This document shows, piece after piece, positions 11,054 through 20,097 of a stretch of 64,000 nucleotides of DNA. Within the stretch, counting starts at the first letter, position 1; each line of letters opens with the position of its first letter. Below the pieces are notes generated by a model, which saw only the letters and a list, made by a program, of their open reading frames with translations, searched no databases and was not told the DNA's origin. Location: positions 160,001-224,000 of the forward strand of contig CAWCRS010000001.1 in assembly GCA_963798085.1 (NCBI GenBank), in the 5' to 3' direction. This DNA is from an uncultured Gemmatimonadales bacterium (GTDB taxonomy: Bacteria > Gemmatimonadota > Gemmatimonadetes > Longimicrobiales > RSA9). The position numbers and the translations under genes were made by a program.

Positions 11054-11760
11054 GAACTCACCTCCGATGGTGAGGCCTTGTGTTCGGGTGCGGATTCCGG
11101 TGGCGCGTACGCCTCCACCAGCACCATGAACTGCATTACGCCCGTAGGCTGAGCGGGCAGTGCGGCGGGCCGCCGTGTGTCGCTCGAAACGCGACTGCTC
11201 TGGCTGCTCGTGCGGCTGCTCTGCGGCCGCGGTTTCTCCAGCACCGGTTCCAGCGACAATTCCAGTGTGCGCACCAGCATCTGCCCTTCCTCGAGCTGGT
11301 GCAGGAACGCGGTCACGCCGTTCAGGTCGCTCTCGCCGCGGATGGCGAGTCGCATGGGCCGCAGACCACCCGGCTTCGCGGCCGAGCGCGGCAGCTGCGC
11401 GTCGCGCATCTCCTGGATCAGCACGTGACTGCGCGTGGCGGTCGACTCGAGGTAGTCACTCAGCGCGGCAGCGGCCAACGGCACGTTAGCGGCGCGCACC
11501 AGGCGCTTGGCGGTGCGCTCCGCCACCTGCTGCGCGCCGCGCAGCTCCTCCGGCAGCGCGCCCGCCTGCGTCAGCAAAGTCTGCTCCCTCGCCAGCAGCC
11601 CGGCCTCGGCGCTCGTGCGCTCCGCAATGCGACCCAGCAGCGCCCGGTAGGGCCTGACTACGCCCATCCAGAGCAGCGCGGGCGCCAGCACGATGAGGCC
11701 CAGCAGGATGGCGCGACGATCGCGCGGCGCCAGCGAGCCGAAACGCAGGCGCCCGCTCAT
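11050..11760 (-). CDS. gspM: T2SS GspM / PilO-like protein
   Basis: LAPRDRRAILLG TM, coiled coil, FLHQLEEG motif; overlaps with both neighbours. Confidence 0.7.
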   Translation of the reverse strand: MSGRLRFGSLAPRDRRAILLGLIVLAPALLWMGVVRPYRALLGRIAERTSAEAGLLAREQTLLTQAGALPEELRGAQQVAERTAKRLVRAANVPLAAAALSDYLESTATRSHVLIQEMRDAQLPRSAAKPGGLRPMRLAIRGESDLNGVTAFLHQLEEGQMLVRTLELSLEPVLEKPRPQSSRTSSQSSRVSSDTRRPAALPAQPTGVMQFMVLVEAYAPPESAPEHKASPSEVSS

Positions 11761-13187
11761 CGCGACCCCTTCGCGTCGGCCGGATGCCTCGCCATGGCGG
11801 CCGCATTGCGCAGCGCCAATGCGGTGTGCGCCTCAGGCTCGGCAATGGGCGCCAGCCGCGCGCCCAGGTGGAAGCGCTCCACCGATGTGGTGCCGCCCTC
11901 AATGTCCCGCTCGACATTGCCGATCAGCCGCACATCCGTCAGGCTGCCCGCGCGGCGCAGCGCCTGAATGGATTCACCGGCGCGCGATCCCACCGCATCG
12001 AACAGCAGTGTGTCGCCCTTGGCGTTGAGCGCCGTCACGTGCGTGTCGCCGGGCAGCAGCAGCGCCAGGTCGAACAGCGCACGCGTCCAGCGTGGCGCGC
12101 TGCCTTCCATCGCTGCCACCATGTGACTGGCATCGTTCAGCCGGTTGATGGAATCGCGCATGGCCAGCAGCGGCGCCACCTGATCGCGGATCAGCATGCG
12201 CTGCGCGTGCACCGCTTCCAGCTCGCGCTGCGCACCCCAGAGCTGCACCACTGCGGTGCCGAGGATCAGGAACGCCGCGGCCGCCGCAATGCGAACAGCG
12301 AGTTTGCGCGTGCCCGCGCGCTGCTCCGCAGCCAGCGAAGGCGGCAGCAGTGAAAGCCCGGCCCTCGCCGCACACATGGCCGCGGCCTCGGCGGCGCTGA
12401 CAGGCGAGTTCGCAGGCTCGCGTAGTGTCCACCCGGCAGCCGCGAGCGTGCGGCCAATGCTGCTGCGCGCGGGATCCTCCGCCAGCACAATGGCGCTGCC
12501 CGCCACCGGCCCTGCGGCTTCCACGATCTCGTCCAGCCACGCGGCCGGCACCCGGCGCAGCGCGGTGAGCGAGCCGCCTTCGATGCGCAGCACGTGGGCC
12601 GCATCATCGATCACCGCCACCACCACCTTCGCCTGCCCCGCATCCCGCCTGCCTCCCACCTGCTGCGCCAGACGCAGCCACGCGGCATGCGCCGGCACGA
12701 TGCCGCCCAGCATCCAGCCGGCCGCGGCACGCACCGCCTCGGCCACGGGCACACTGGTGGCGGCGGCGAGCACGGGCGGTGACGCCGAACCGAACGCCAT
12801 CTGCCCGCGACTCTGGCGGTTCAGCGACACCGCCACGACGCGTGCTTCGTTGCTGCCCACGAAATGGCGGGCGGCATCGCGACGGATCACGGCTTCGGCT
12901 TCCGCCGCGCGCAGGCGGGGCAGCGGCACAAGCCGGGTATCGCCGAGCGGCGGCAGCAGCGCCACGTGCACGCGCGCGCTCTTCGCCTGTCGGCCCAGCG
13001 CGGCCGCCAGCTGATCGGCCAGGCCCTTGAACGCCGCCGCGATGGCGGGCGAGGGGTCTTCCCCTTCAGGCAGATGCAGGCGCACGGTCGCGCGCAGTGT
13101 GGCGCCGCCCGCCCGCGCCACCGCCGTGGCCTGGGTCGCGCCCAGCGCCACGCCGATGTGCAGCCGGCCCGCCGGTCGCACGCTCAC
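11757..13187 (-). CDS. gspL: T2SS GspL / PilN-domain protein
   Basis: Cytoplasmic actin-like region, LSLLPP motif, TM, periplasmic DLALLLPGDTHVTAL. Confidence 0.7.
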   Translation of the reverse strand: MSVRPAGRLHIGVALGATQATAVARAGGATLRATVRLHLPEGEDPSPAIAAAFKGLADQLAAALGRQAKSARVHVALLPPLGDTRLVPLPRLRAAEAEAVIRRDAARHFVGSNEARVVAVSLNRQSRGQMAFGSASPPVLAAATSVPVAEAVRAAAGWMLGGIVPAHAAWLRLAQQVGGRRDAGQAKVVVAVIDDAAHVLRIEGGSLTALRRVPAAWLDEIVEAAGPVAGSAIVLAEDPARSSIGRTLAAAGWTLREPANSPVSAAEAAAMCAARAGLSLLPPSLAAEQRAGTRKLAVRIAAAAAFLILGTAVVQLWGAQRELEAVHAQRMLIRDQVAPLLAMRDSINRLNDASHMVAAMEGSAPRWTRALFDLALLLPGDTHVTALNAKGDTLLFDAVGSRAGESIQALRRAGSLTDVRLIGNVERDIEGGTTSVERFHLGARLAPIAEPEAHTALALRNAAAMARHPADAKGSR

Positions 13188-13221
13188 CGCGACCTCTCCC
13201 GGATTTCTGTCCTCATGTTAC

Positions 13222-14250
13222 TCAATCCACCTGGCGCCAGATGACGGCGGCGCCCGCAGTCGTGCGCGTCACCACTACGGTGGCCTGCACGTGCACGGGT
13301 CCGCCATCCACCCGACCATCGGCCAGGATCTCGACTTCGTTGGTGGCGAACGTCGTGCTGCGGTTGAACGCCTGCAGGTTCGCCTGGATGTCCGCGGCCT
13401 CGGCGGCCGGCAGCATCTGCCGCAGCTCCGTCGAGCTGCGTGGATAGGTACCGGAATCGCGCAGCTGCATGATGGTCGCAGCCGTGGCCGGTGTCATGCC
13501 GGGCAGCGCCTCGAGCACCGGCTCGGGCGCCGCGTTCACGTTGATGATGCCCGAGCCGATCAACGTCACGTAGGGCCGGATCGCGGCAAAGAGCTCCGGC
13601 GTCATGCCCATGACGTAGCGCAGCTCGTCGATTTCCGCAAAGTCGCGGTTAGGCGGCAGCATGGGCATGTCGGCCTTGATGTACTGCTCGCGCTCCGCAC
13701 CGCCTTCGCTGGGCAGGTCATCCTCATCGCGCCAGTCCATGATGGCCTGCGCCAGATGGTCCGCCTGCGAAAAGTCCACGTGCATGCCGTCGGCGAAGAA
13801 CTGCCGCAGCATGTCCTCGTCCGCGTAGTTCAGATTCAGCGCGGCACCCGTATCGCGCAGGCGCAGCGTATAGCGCGCGTCGCCAAACGCCATGTCAGGA
13901 TCCACCAGCTCGTCCGGCTCCCGCCACGGATCCACCGACGGGTCCGAATTGCTGAACAGGCTGCGCAGACTCTGGTTCAATGCCTGGCGCTGCTGCTGCG
14001 TCGTGCGCGCCCGGCTCAGGGCATCGGCGCGCAGCTGGCTGGCGCGGTCCAGCATGGCCGCGGTCAGGCGCGAACGCGCGTACTCCGTGCCGGCGATCGC
14101 CGCGGCCCTCGCCCTCGTCGCATCGATCACATTGGCCGATGCCAGCCGCCGAGTCCGTGCGCGCAACGCCGCATCCAGCCCCACTGCGGACAGCGCAACC
14201 AGCAGCCAGAGCGCAGCCAGCAGTACGAACCCCGCGCGTCGCGCTCTCAT
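13222..14250 (-). CDS. gspK: Minor pseudopilin GspK
   Basis: RRAGFVLLAALWLL; LNLNYA; AIMDWRDED; ELRYVMGMT; INVNAAPEPVL. Confidence 0.88.
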   Translation of the reverse strand: MRARRAGFVLLAALWLLVALSAVGLDAALRARTRRLASANVIDATRARAAAIAGTEYARSRLTAAMLDRASQLRADALSRARTTQQQRQALNQSLRSLFSNSDPSVDPWREPDELVDPDMAFGDARYTLRLRDTGAALNLNYADEDMLRQFFADGMHVDFSQADHLAQAIMDWRDEDDLPSEGGAEREQYIKADMPMLPPNRDFAEIDELRYVMGMTPELFAAIRPYVTLIGSGIINVNAAPEPVLEALPGMTPATAATIMQLRDSGTYPRSSTELRQMLPAAEAADIQANLQAFNRSTTFATNEVEILADGRVDGGPVHVQATVVVTRTTAGAAVIWRQVD

Positions 14251-14942
14251 CGCAGTGTCGCCAGCGTGACGCGTATCGGATAGCGCAGCAGCAGCGGCAG
14301 CGAATCCCCGGCTGCCGGTGTGAGCGTCAGCTCCACCGCGCGCGGCAGCGCATTCTGTCCCTCCCAGCTTTCTTCCCATTCAAGGGTCTGCGCCACGTCC
14401 GGCAGATAGCGGATCTCGAGGCCCGCAGCCTGCGGCACCAGTTCGACCCGGCGAGGATCGTCCTGCTCGCGCTGCTTCAGCTCCGCCACGAGGCCGTACT
14501 CGGGCGTGTCCGGGTCTGTGTCTATGTACAACCGCACCATCGAGTTCCTGACGTGCAGCGGGGTCACCGCCGTCGTCGGAAAATCCAGCTCGTCGCTGGT
14601 GAGTCCCTGGTCTTCTCCATTGACGCCCTGAAACCCGCCCCCGTTATTCGGCGCCTGCAGCCGTGCATTCGAGACCCAGTCGACCAGCAGCTCCCTCGCC
14701 GTTGCGCCACTCAGTGCGACCTGTGCGTCCGCCTCCGCCGCGCTGCTGCGATCCCCGATGAAGGACAGCGCTGCAAAGCCTGCGGTCAGCGCCAGCGATG
14801 CGACTGCGAGGCCCACGAGCACCTCGAGCAGCGTGAACCCTCGCCTGGGCCGCGTCACTGTCTGCCTCGCCCGCATCACTTTCTGCCTCGCCCGCATTAC
14901 TCCATGCCTCGCCCGCATCACTGGCTGACCCGCCCGCATCAC
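14247..14942 (-). CDS. gspJ: Minor pseudopilin GspJ
   Basis: Prepilin motif RRG-FTLLEVLV; C-terminal LPRAVELTL. Confidence 0.8.
   Translation of the reverse strand: MMRAGQPVMRARHGVMRARQKVMRARQTVTRPRRGFTLLEVLVGLAVASLALTAGFAALSFIGDRSSAAEADAQVALSGATARELLVDWVSNARLQAPNNGGGFQGVNGEDQGLTSDELDFPTTAVTPLHVRNSMVRLYIDTDPDTPEYGLVAELKQREQDDPRRVELVPQAAGLEIRYLPDVAQTLEWEESWEGQNALPRAVELTLTPAAGDSLPLLLRYPIRVTLATLR
14855..14938. repeat. Four tandem 21-bp repeats in the gspJ leader
   Basis: tcactgtctgcctcgcccgca / tcactttctgcctcgcccgca / ttactccatgcctcgcccgca / tcactggctgacccgcccgca; encode (V)MRAxxx heptads. Confidence 0.9.
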
Positions 14943-15430
14943 TGCCCGCCTCTGCCGGTGGGAGCAGGCGAACTACCTGGCCCGGTCGACCCGGTGGGCG
15001 TATTTGGCGAACCACCTCGCCCATCCGGCTGCGTCGTTTCCGTCGTGGGTCGGGGCACGTGGATCAGCGTTTCCAGTGGGAACGTCTCGCCGCGGCCGGC
15101 GATTGTGACCTGGGCGCCGAACAGGTCGTATTCTCCCTTGATCGAGTCGACCTGCGCCGTCCATGTGAATTCGTCGAATGGCGGCGGGAACGCACCCGTC
15201 GCGAGGGAATCGGGCAGCTTGCGCAGGTCGTCGTAGCTGAGGAGGCGCAGCGCGCCAATGCGGTCGCCGGCCAGCGCCTGCTCGGTCAGCAGCACTTTGG
15301 CCTTGCTGGCCGCGCGCAGCTGTGTGCCTGTGGCCTGCAGCAGTGCCAGTCCGACCAGCGAGAGGATGGCCAGCGCTACCACCGCCTCGATCAGCACGAA
15401 GCCGCGGCGCCGCTCAGCGTACCACAACAT
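14939..15430 (-). CDS. gspI: Minor pseudopilin GspI
   Basis: RRRG-FVLIEAVVALAI prepilin motif; position between gspH and gspJ. Confidence 0.78.
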   Translation of the reverse strand: MLWYAERRRGFVLIEAVVALAILSLVGLALLQATGTQLRAASKAKVLLTEQALAGDRIGALRLLSYDDLRKLPDSLATGAFPPPFDEFTWTAQVDSIKGEYDLFGAQVTIAGRGETFPLETLIHVPRPTTETTQPDGRGGSPNTPTGSTGPGSSPAPTGRGGQ

Positions 15431-15968
15431 CGCCGGTCCAGGGATCGAGTGTGATCAGGCGAGTGCCGGCCGCGCCCTTGAGCACGAGCGAATCGGCGAA
15501 CGCGGCGCCCGTGGGCGCGAACGTGAAGCGCGCGCGCGCGGCGCTCAATTCCAGGCGTACACTGACAGGCAGATCGAGAGACGAACCCGCGTCCGCCGTG
15601 TCGCCTGCGCTCTTCATGCGCATGGAGGAAGCCGACAGACTGAAACCGCGACCCACGCCCATGCTGCCGTGCGCGGTGGTTGCCGTGGAATCGGTGAGTG
15701 AAACGGGCAGCTTCGCATTCAGCCAGACATTCGAGCTGACGGAGTCGATGAGCACGGTGACCGGCTGGCCGCCGTGGATCGCGGAATCCCGGGCCAGCTG
15801 GAAAAGCGCCTGTACGCGACCGGTGGCCTGCGTGAGGTCGTCTTCTTCGACCAGCCTGCGGAACGCGGGCACGGCCACCGCCGCCATGAGCGCCAGGATG
15901 CCCAGCACCACGATCATCTCGATCAGGGTGAAGCCCGGGCGCGCTAACGCGGTGTTGCGGGTGCTCAT
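15414..15968 (-). CDS. gspH: Minor pseudopilin GspH/FimT
   Basis: RPG-FTLIEMIVVLGI; LFQLARDSAI; FAPTG; ITLDPWTG. Confidence 0.82.
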   Translation of the reverse strand: MSTRNTALARPGFTLIEMIVVLGILALMAAVAVPAFRRLVEEDDLTQATGRVQALFQLARDSAIHGGQPVTVLIDSVSSNVWLNAKLPVSLTDSTATTAHGSMGVGRGFSLSASSMRMKSAGDTADAGSSLDLPVSVRLELSAARARFTFAPTGAAFADSLVLKGAAGTRLITLDPWTGDVVVR

Positions 15969-17167
15969 CGGAAGGAACTGGCGTTGACGCCGTAGATGGC
16001 CTGCAGCAGCGCCAGTGCGACCAGCGCCACGAGACCGCCGAACATCACGATCATGGCCGGCTCCGCGAGGGCCACCAGCCGCTCCACCGCGCGCTCGGTG
16101 CGGCGCTCCAGCATGTCCGCCGCCTTCAGGAGAAAGTCTGCGAGGCGACCGGCTTCTTCACCGAGTGCCACGAGCTGCGGCAGCACGGCGGGGAAGAGCG
16201 AGCGCTCCGCGATCGCGGCATTGAGCGAGCTGCCCTCGCGCACGCGTGTACGCACGCGTTCCGCTTCACTGCGGGCGACCGGGTCGGTCATGCAGTCGCG
16301 GGCATCGGCCAGCGCCGCCAGCACGGGTGCGCCGCCCGACAGCAGCTCACCCACCATGCGCGCGAACGCGGCCGCCAGCGTCTGCCGGCGCCAGCTGCCC
16401 ACCAGCGGCACCCTTATCAGCGTGTTAGCCGCGACCAGCCGCCCGCTCTGCGTCGTGCGCAGCCACGCCGCCAGCACCACGATCGCGGGCGGGATCGCCA
16501 GCAGCAGCCGCCACTGTTCGCGCGCGCGGTTCGCCACGCCCAGCATGAGCGATGTGGACCAGGGCAGCGCGGTCCCGGAATTGAGCAGCAGGTCGGCAAA
16601 GCGGGGCAGCACGAACAGCACGAGCACGCAGACCGCAGCCACGCCGACCATGGCGAGGAGTGCGGGATAGATGGACATCGAGACCAGCTTGGAGCGCAGC
16701 TCATGCTCGCGCTCGAGGTGCTGCGCCAGGCGGCTGAACGCCGCATCCAGCGCACCGCTCTTCTCACCCGCGCGCACCACGCCGACGTAGAGCGGCGAGA
16801 AGAGTCGGGGATACTCGGCCAGCGCCGCCGCCAGCTCATCGCCGCGCTCGACGCGCATGCGCAGCGCATCCAGCGTGGGCCGCAGCGAGCCCGGCGCTGC
16901 GGCCGCGCCCGCGGCCAGGGCGCGGGCCAGCGGCATGCCCGCGGGCAGCAGTGCTGCGACCGCACGCGTGAACTCGAGCACGCCCTGGCGCCGCCCCAAC
17001 CCGAAACCGCCCGATTGCGTCCGGCCGGCTGCCGATTCCAGGACTTCCAGCGCCAGCAGGCCGCGCGTTTCCAGCTCGCGCGTTACCGCCGCCGCCGTGG
17101 CGCCTCCCAGCTGGCCGCGCGACCGGCGACCGGCCGCATCAACCGCTCGATAGGCAAAGACCGGCAC
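15965..17167 (-). CDS. gspF: T2SS inner-membrane platform protein GspF
   Basis: F.YRA.D..G start; two GspF domains (VRAGEKSGALD; ALGEEAGRL; LAEP). Confidence 0.92.
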   Translation of the reverse strand: MPVFAYRAVDAAGRRSRGQLGGATAAAVTRELETRGLLALEVLESAAGRTQSGGFGLGRRQGVLEFTRAVAALLPAGMPLARALAAGAAAAPGSLRPTLDALRMRVERGDELAAALAEYPRLFSPLYVGVVRAGEKSGALDAAFSRLAQHLEREHELRSKLVSMSIYPALLAMVGVAAVCVLVLFVLPRFADLLLNSGTALPWSTSLMLGVANRAREQWRLLLAIPPAIVVLAAWLRTTQSGRLVAANTLIRVPLVGSWRRQTLAAAFARMVGELLSGGAPVLAALADARDCMTDPVARSEAERVRTRVREGSSLNAAIAERSLFPAVLPQLVALGEEAGRLADFLLKAADMLERRTERAVERLVALAEPAMIVMFGGLVALVALALLQAIYGVNASSFR

Positions 17168-17176
17168 GTTCCCCTT

Positions 17177-17629
17177 CTAATTCGAGATATCCGCGTCTTC
17201 GCCTTCGCCGCCCACCACGCCGTCAGCGCCATACGAGAGCAGGTCGAAACCCCAGGTGTGCGCTTCGCCCGGACTCGTGTACACATAGGCGTTACCCCAC
17301 GGATCCTTCGGCACCTGCTTGCGCAGGTACGGCCCCTTCCAGTTGTTGGGCCGCGGGTCCGTGGTCGGCTCTTCCCAGAGCGCTTCCAGACCCTGCTCCG
17401 TCGTGGGATAGCGACCATTGTCCAGGCGATACGCGTCCAGCGCCGAGCCCAGCATCTCGATCTGCGATTTCGCCGTCGCATCCTTCGCCGTAGCCACGTG
17501 CCGGAACACATTCGGCGCCACCAGTGCCGCCAGCAGCGAAATCACCGTGATCACCACGAGGATCTCGATGAGCGTGAAGCCCTCACGCGAGCGAACGCGG
17601 CGAGCCCGTCCCGTCTGCGAGCCATTCAT
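17177..17629 (-). CDS. gspG: Major pseudopilin GspG
   Basis: G-FTLIEILVV; ALDAYRLDNGRYPTTEQGLEAL; WKGPYL; KDPWGN; SYGADG..GGEGEDADI. Confidence 0.95.
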   Translation of the reverse strand: MNGSQTGRARRVRSREGFTLIEILVVITVISLLAALVAPNVFRHVATAKDATAKSQIEMLGSALDAYRLDNGRYPTTEQGLEALWEEPTTDPRPNNWKGPYLRKQVPKDPWGNAYVYTSPGEAHTWGFDLLSYGADGVVGGEGEDADISN

Positions 17630-17829
17630 GATCCTGCCACCTGCTTCGGTAGGAGTACGAGGGTGAAGAGGCCAACTACATCCTAAGTCGAGACGCGCAC
17701 GCCTGCAAAAGTGTTTGATGCTCGGGGGAAACGCGAGGTTGCACGGTGGGGGCTGCGCCCCTGTTTCTGGGGCTGGGTGTTCGGGTTACTCGTGGTGCTG
17801 CGCACATCGTCGGCATCATCGTCGGGCCG

Positions 17830-18090
17830 GGCATCAACGGATCAGTTTCACACAGAGTCATCGGTGGATCGGAGGGGTGAGGTCCGAAGCACCGGGGTTT
17901 TCCTCAGCTCATCGCCGGGCTGGCATTAACGACAGTTTCACACAGAGTCATCAGTGGTTCGGAGGGGTGCGGTCGGTAGCGCTCAGGCCATCCTGCGCAT
18001 CATCGCTCACGGGCATCAATGGAGCAGTGTCACTCAGAACGCCCCTCCGTTGCCACTGCGTCCACTGTGTGAGAACAATCTGTTAATGCC
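17830..18090. repeat. Cluster of REP-like intergenic repeats (two direct, one partial, one inverted)
   Basis: ggcatcaacggatcagtttcacacagagtcatcggtggatcggaggggtg (17830-17879); ggcattaacgacagtttcacacagagtcatcagtggttcggaggggtg (17922-17969); partial copy at 18012; inverted copy 18042-18090. Confidence 0.8.
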
Positions 18091-18164
18091 TGAGGAATGC
18101 GCCCGCGTCCTCCTCCCGGGCTGGAGCCCCTCGCTCGGCCTGGCCCCCACCCACCTCCGCCCCC

Positions 18165-19016
18165 TCACGAACGTCCGAGCAGCACGATCCCCGACCACGG
18201 CCTCTTCCCCTGCCTCCCTTTCGACTCCGGGAGCAGTGCGAGGATGCGCCAGGAGAGCCGGACGCGTTTGAGGCGAGCGGCGGTCTTGAACGAGGACTCC
18301 ACGACCTCCGGCGCCCACCCGAAGGCCCGGAAGAAACCGGGGCCTTCCTCCGGCCCGAACTTGAACGGCGCAGGCTGGTGGAAGTTCTGGCCCCATTGGC
18401 GGCTCACCATCTGGATGAGGCCGGGCGACGCGATGTCGATGATCCAGTTGTGGAACGACGACTGGGTGAGGAGGTCGGTCGCGAGTTCGCCGACGTGTGT
18501 CGGGTCGAGGTAGATCAGCAGGCCCTCACTGATCACCACGGCGCGCTGCGCGTCGGCGCCGATGCGCGCGAACAGGGCCTGGCGAGCCTCACGCTGCGCG
18601 AGATCCAGCGGGATGCGCTCCAGCGCGCAGTTGGGCGTGGCGTCGTGCAGGATGCTTTCCTTGTACTCGAGCAGCGCGGGCAGGTCCACCTCGAACCAGC
18701 GCAGCTTCGACGGCAGCTGCATGCGATACGGTCGTGCGTCGAGGCCGGCCGCGAGATTGATGACGGTGTCCGCGCCCTGCTCGATGGCGCGGCGCAGCAG
18801 CCGATCGATGAGGTAGGTCCGTACGACGAACGCCCACGCTTCGCGATTGCCCGGCGCCAGCTGGCTCGCGATCTGCTGCCCGCGCTCGCCGGCAAGCCGG
18901 CGCGCGTACGGGTCGTGGAACAGCGCGTCCGGCCGCTCGCTCTCCTGCGCGCGGTATACGGCCACCCAGCGCGCCGTTTCCGAAATGTTCGCGATCGTCG
19001 GCTCGTGTTGGCTCAT
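18165..19016 (-). CDS. SAM-dependent methyltransferase (leucine carboxyl methyltransferase-like)
   Basis: TARWVAVYRAQES..DPYA; VINLAAGLDARPYR; WFEVDLP; ISEGLLIYL. Confidence 0.9.
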   Translation of the reverse strand: MSQHEPTIANISETARWVAVYRAQESERPDALFHDPYARRLAGERGQQIASQLAPGNREAWAFVVRTYLIDRLLRRAIEQGADTVINLAAGLDARPYRMQLPSKLRWFEVDLPALLEYKESILHDATPNCALERIPLDLAQREARQALFARIGADAQRAVVISEGLLIYLDPTHVGELATDLLTQSSFHNWIIDIASPGLIQMVSRQWGQNFHQPAPFKFGPEEGPGFFRAFGWAPEVVESSFKTAARLKRVRLSWRILALLPESKGRQGKRPWSGIVLLGRS

Positions 19017-19215
19017 GAGCTCCGCATCGGATGCTGGAATCGTTGCGGGCGGACGGTAACGCCGGTGCCCCCGGCGGGCCAGCCGCATGACCGCGTCACG
19101 CACGGTCGCTGCTCCTGTGAGCCGGGGGGTCGGGTCGCTGAGCCGCCGACCGTTCGTCACCTCGGCCTTTGTTGTCGGCGACGACACACGCCTCACGGGA
19201 CCGGCGCGGCCGCCA

Positions 19216-19455
19216 TCACCTTGCTTCCGCCGCGATCTGCAGCAGGCGGGGCGCCAGCAGGAAATGATCCGCGCCCGCGCCCTGGTTCATGAGCACCACC
19301 ACCGTGATCCCGGTCTTCGGGTCGAACAGCAGCAGGCTGCTGCCGAAGGATGCGCCGCCGCTGTGTCCGAACTGCGTGCGTCCCAGATAGGCATAGCTGC
19401 GAATGCCCAGGCCGACACCCGTCTCGCCCGGGATATTGCCGGCCGCCGGCAGCAG
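19216..19455 (-). pseudogene. C-terminal remnant of a serine hydrolase (beta-lactamase family)
   Basis: Manual translation GVGLGIRSYAYLGRTQFGHSGGASFGSSLLLFDPKTGITVVVLMNQ; no start and no SxxK region. Confidence 0.6.
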
Positions 19456-19572
19456 AGCCGGGCGCTGGCCGCTCCCCCGGTGCGCTCGGGGGGAATTCCA
19501 GCTGTCACACGGATTAGGCCCACTGCGTCCGGCATCTGGCGCTCCGACGGTCAGGCCCTAGTTTGGCGGCTC

Positions 19573-19962
19573 ATGCGGACACGGGTGCTGAAGCGAAGTC
19601 TGGCCGGCGGCATTGCCCTGTGGTTCACCGTCCTCTTCTCGGCGGAGGGGACGGTACATCACTGTGCGATGCACGATATGCCAATGCCGTCCTCGCCCAT
19701 GCATCACAGCGGCGCCAGCGGGGGTGATGGCCATGGCGATTCGCCCGGTCAGCCATCGCACAATCATCCCTGCACCTGCCCGCAGGTATGCTGCTGCGGA
19801 TTTGCCACTACGGCCGCACCCCGGGTAGTGGCCCCGCTGTTCGGACTGGCGCCCGTGGCGCTCGTACAATCTGTCACCTCGGTTACGTCCAATCGCCGTA
19901 CGCCGCTGGCCTTCCAGGTACCCTGGTCCACCGGCCCGCCCCCGACAGTGGTCGCCCGATAG
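19573..19962 (+). CDS. DUF2946/CruR-like His/Cys-rich upstream ORF
   Basis: Signal-like N-terminus, HHCAMH..HH..HNHPCTCPQVCCC, C-terminal STGPPP; directly upstream of a TonB receptor. Confidence 0.65.
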   Translation: MRTRVLKRSLAGGIALWFTVLFSAEGTVHHCAMHDMPMPSSPMHHSGASGGDGHGDSPGQPSHNHPCTCPQVCCCGFATTAAPRVVAPLFGLAPVALVQSVTSVTSNRRTPLAFQVPWSTGPPPTVVAR

Positions 19963-20097
19963 ACATCCAGCTCCACCGACAAACGAGGCTTCGCGCAGCG
20001 CGGCGCGCCGTCGGCCAATCCGCTCACACCTGTGTGCGTATTGCGCTGTCCGGTCGGCGACGAGCGCGAGCCAGTCAATCGACCACTGGAGGCAAAG

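Noticed and set aside
7084..17629. Type IV pilus or Tad locus
   Set aside because: Canonical GspG and GspK signatures are present and no PilT retraction ATPase or Flp pilin is seen
17830..18090. Possible CRISPR array
   Set aside because: Only two full direct copies of about 50 bp, divergent, one copy inverted, and no cas genes in the window
19963..20097. Cobalamin or TPP riboswitch before the TonB receptor
   Set aside because: No B12-box or TPP consensus seen; the upstream ORF is the better regulatory candidate
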